This document shows, in pieces, positions 61,590 through 64,000 of a DNA stretch of 64,000 nucleotides; positions within the stretch are counted from its first letter, which is position 1, and the number at the start of each line of letters is the position of its first letter. The position numbers were made by a program, and so were the translations under genes. The notes beneath the pieces were generated by a model. That model ran no database searches. It was given only the letters and a program-made list of their open reading frames with translations, and had not been told where the DNA came from. Origin of the DNA: Trichodelitschia bisporula (Eukaryota); the NCBI GenBank assembly GCA_010356995.1, contig ML996704.1, positions 186,001 through 250,000 on the forward strand, given 5' to 3'.

Positions 61590-63816
61590 TTTCGGGGATG
61601 TGGTGGGAGAAAGGTGGGGTGGAGGAGGGGGAGTGGCGAAGAGGGTGCAGCGTCAGGCAGATGACGTGCCAAGGGTGAATGAGAAGAGCAAGGGCAGAGG
61701 GAGAAGGTGGTGATGGATAATTTCAGAGGAAGGCTTGGGAGGAAAGCAGCTTTATGGGCTTGGTACGGTGAATGAATGGCGAGGCAGAAGTGAAGGAAAG
61801 GCAGAAGAGCAGCGGACAGTAGTTCTGGTTCTAGTTCAAGCAGGCAGGTGACGGTTGATGCGGGAGCTAGAGACGTTTGGGCCCCCTCTCTTGGAAGGGA
61901 GGGGGAGCCGGTGTGGCGGCAGAGCAATGTGGCTGGTGGGCTTGAAACGCAATTGATGCCTGGACGGGCAAGCTGAAAGCCTAGTATGTGAGGCACTGAT
62001 AAGCCATTCCTCACGTGACTTGGTGATACGGGTAGCTGGAAGAAAGAGCTTGGTGCGGGCCAAAAAGTGCCAGTCAAACTCCAAAGACGTCCCAGAGAGA
62101 AAATGATCCTGTGTAATCGGACTCGGTTCAACAGCAGCTGGCATATTGTGCCATGTTCTTTTCCGAATGCCCTCGTAAATACTGTATTCAGAGGATAAAT
62201 GGAGTTAAGAGATCAGACTGCAAAGCAATACTCTCATAGCCTTATCCGGACAGTTGTCGTTGCTTTGACCACGGCGGCCGTGAAAGCGCGCGGAAGTTTG
62301 CCGAGTCAACATCTAGATGTCCCCACAGCAGTCCAAGTCGATCGACCGCCCCTTGATTGTGTTCCTTTATCTAGGGAGGACTGAGCTTGCGGAAAGTATT
62401 TGCGAATCTCATCGGAGAAAGGAACAGACGCACGTAGCCGATATGGAATCTAGACATGCGAGATCTGCATCGATGATGCTGACGGTACGGTACTGTGCCG
62501 GTGGACATCCATCAGATAGCAAATGCTGTCGCGGTCACAGCATTGCAACACTGATCCACTAGAACGAGAACTACACGCCAAAAAGCCCACGACATGGCAA
62601 CAGCGACGACGTGACAGTCATGCAACACTCAACGGCAATATAAAACCCTTTGGTGAGACGAACATCAATCGGTCAAATGGCGGAGCAAAACCCCAGCAGG
62701 CAAATCCAGCCGCTACGCTCCTACTCGTCCGCTTAAGGCGCCTTTGGTCTGTTCTTTCCCACCCCCCCCCTGGCTGCCTCGAAAGCATTGGATGATGGCG
62801 AGCTTTGGACCGTGAAGCCTCTTGGCGTGAGAGGTGAGGACTGAAAGCAGAGGCCGGGCAAGTGAGAGAAAAGAGGATATGTAGATGTTCACATCCTTGC
62901 ATCTCTTTAATCCCAAATCAACTTCTTCAACAATCGCTGCTTCTGCTCCTCCAGGTTGCTGCAGTATCGAGATATCATCTTGCCATCTCTATCTCTCTCC
63001 TTTCTTCAGACGTCGTGCCACTTCGTTCTCTCTGCCTCTTTCTCTCCACACACCCCCCCCCCCGGCCGGCCCAGCCATTTGTCTTGCATAGCACCGCGGG
63101 ATCAAACCTGTCCATATCGTCCTGCCTGCTTTTGGATGAGCCCTTTGTTGGATTCCTCCCCAGAGATTTCTCATCTGATCGTCATCCGTCTATTTCTACA
63201 TTCACCATCTAGCCGCTATTGTCGATTGTGAGCAACCTCCCACTGCAAGCACCGCGAAAAGGCCACTCGACTGTTAGCTCAAGCCAGTACCATTTTTCCT
63301 CTCACCGAATCGCACAGCGTTTCGGCAAGGGCCGCCCTCGAGCATTAACCCGGTCTCACAGAGCACTTTGGACCACCACCGCTCAAAGGCCTCAATAAAC
63401 TGTCGTACGTTGCAACGCTTCTCTTCCTTCTTATCATACCATTCCATCAAACCCAGCGGCGTTCATGTTCAGGCATAATCATCGCCAGCGCTGTTGGGAA
63501 TCGCTGCGCCATCCCGCCCTACTGTGGTGAAGGCGAAAAGCGTCCAACTGTTAATTTGCAGCCGCCCTGCCTGCGTTCCACTCACTGACCGGCCTGACCA
63601 CACACTAGAAACCTGCAGGTGCTTTATCTGACGATGAAAACACCTGCTTGAAGCATCTCGACATTCAGCGTCTTCCATCTGCATTCTTGCTTTACCGAAC
63701 ACCACTTTTCATCGGTTGCTCTGCTTTCGACAGTTGTACAGGTACCGGTGATATTTTCCCAGCTGGGCAAATCCAGGCATTCGGGGCTCCGCCACCTGAT
63801 CAGGGACAAAACACCA

Positions 63817-64000
63817 TGGTTCAGACGCGCCACCGCCAACAGTCCATCGTTAGCAATCCGGAAATGAGTGCACTACAGCGTAAGTATATATTTTCTCAGC
63901 TCAACAGATTCCAGATCATAAAATGCAAAGATTTTCCTTCGACTGACCCATACCCCAGCCACATCGCCCCAATCTTTGCTGCGGCGATCTAAGCGAAGTT
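63817..64000 (+). CDS. Possible first exon of a gene running off the window
   Basis: CACCATGG start context, MVQTRHRQQSIVSNPEMSALQ, then a GTAAGT donor and a downstream CTGAC. Confidence 0.35.

Noticed and set aside
62790..62845. Possible box C/D snoRNA (ATGATGG...CTGA)
   Set aside because: Imperfect C box, and no terminal stem or recognisable rRNA guide.

Overview
Eukaryotic genomic DNA from a filamentous ascomycete (Pezizomycotina; Dothideomycete-like is an inference). Genes carry short GT-AG introns with CTRAC branch sites, so many ORFs in the supplied track are exon fragments or antisense shadows. Recognisable genes: a killer-toxin-like (subgroup C) GH18 chitinase divergently paired with a LysM/CBM18 GPI-anchored protein, HEM13, MET17/cysD, veA, a peroxisomal long-chain acyl-CoA synthetase, a GH7 cellulase, MID1, SEY1, a metallophosphoesterase, ERD2, TAD3 and RAD23. 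There are two intron-containing tRNAs (Val-AAC, Ile-AAT), several orphan ORFs and several decayed elements. The most notable observations are an in-frame TAA inside a poly-Gln tract of veA, the chitinase/LysM module with an extra Cys-rich C-terminal domain, a 199-bp solo-LTR-like insertion with a 5-bp target-site duplication inside an intron of the LysM gene, and a 40-bp-stem hairpin at 33.2 kb. Exon structures were derived by eye; no searches were run.
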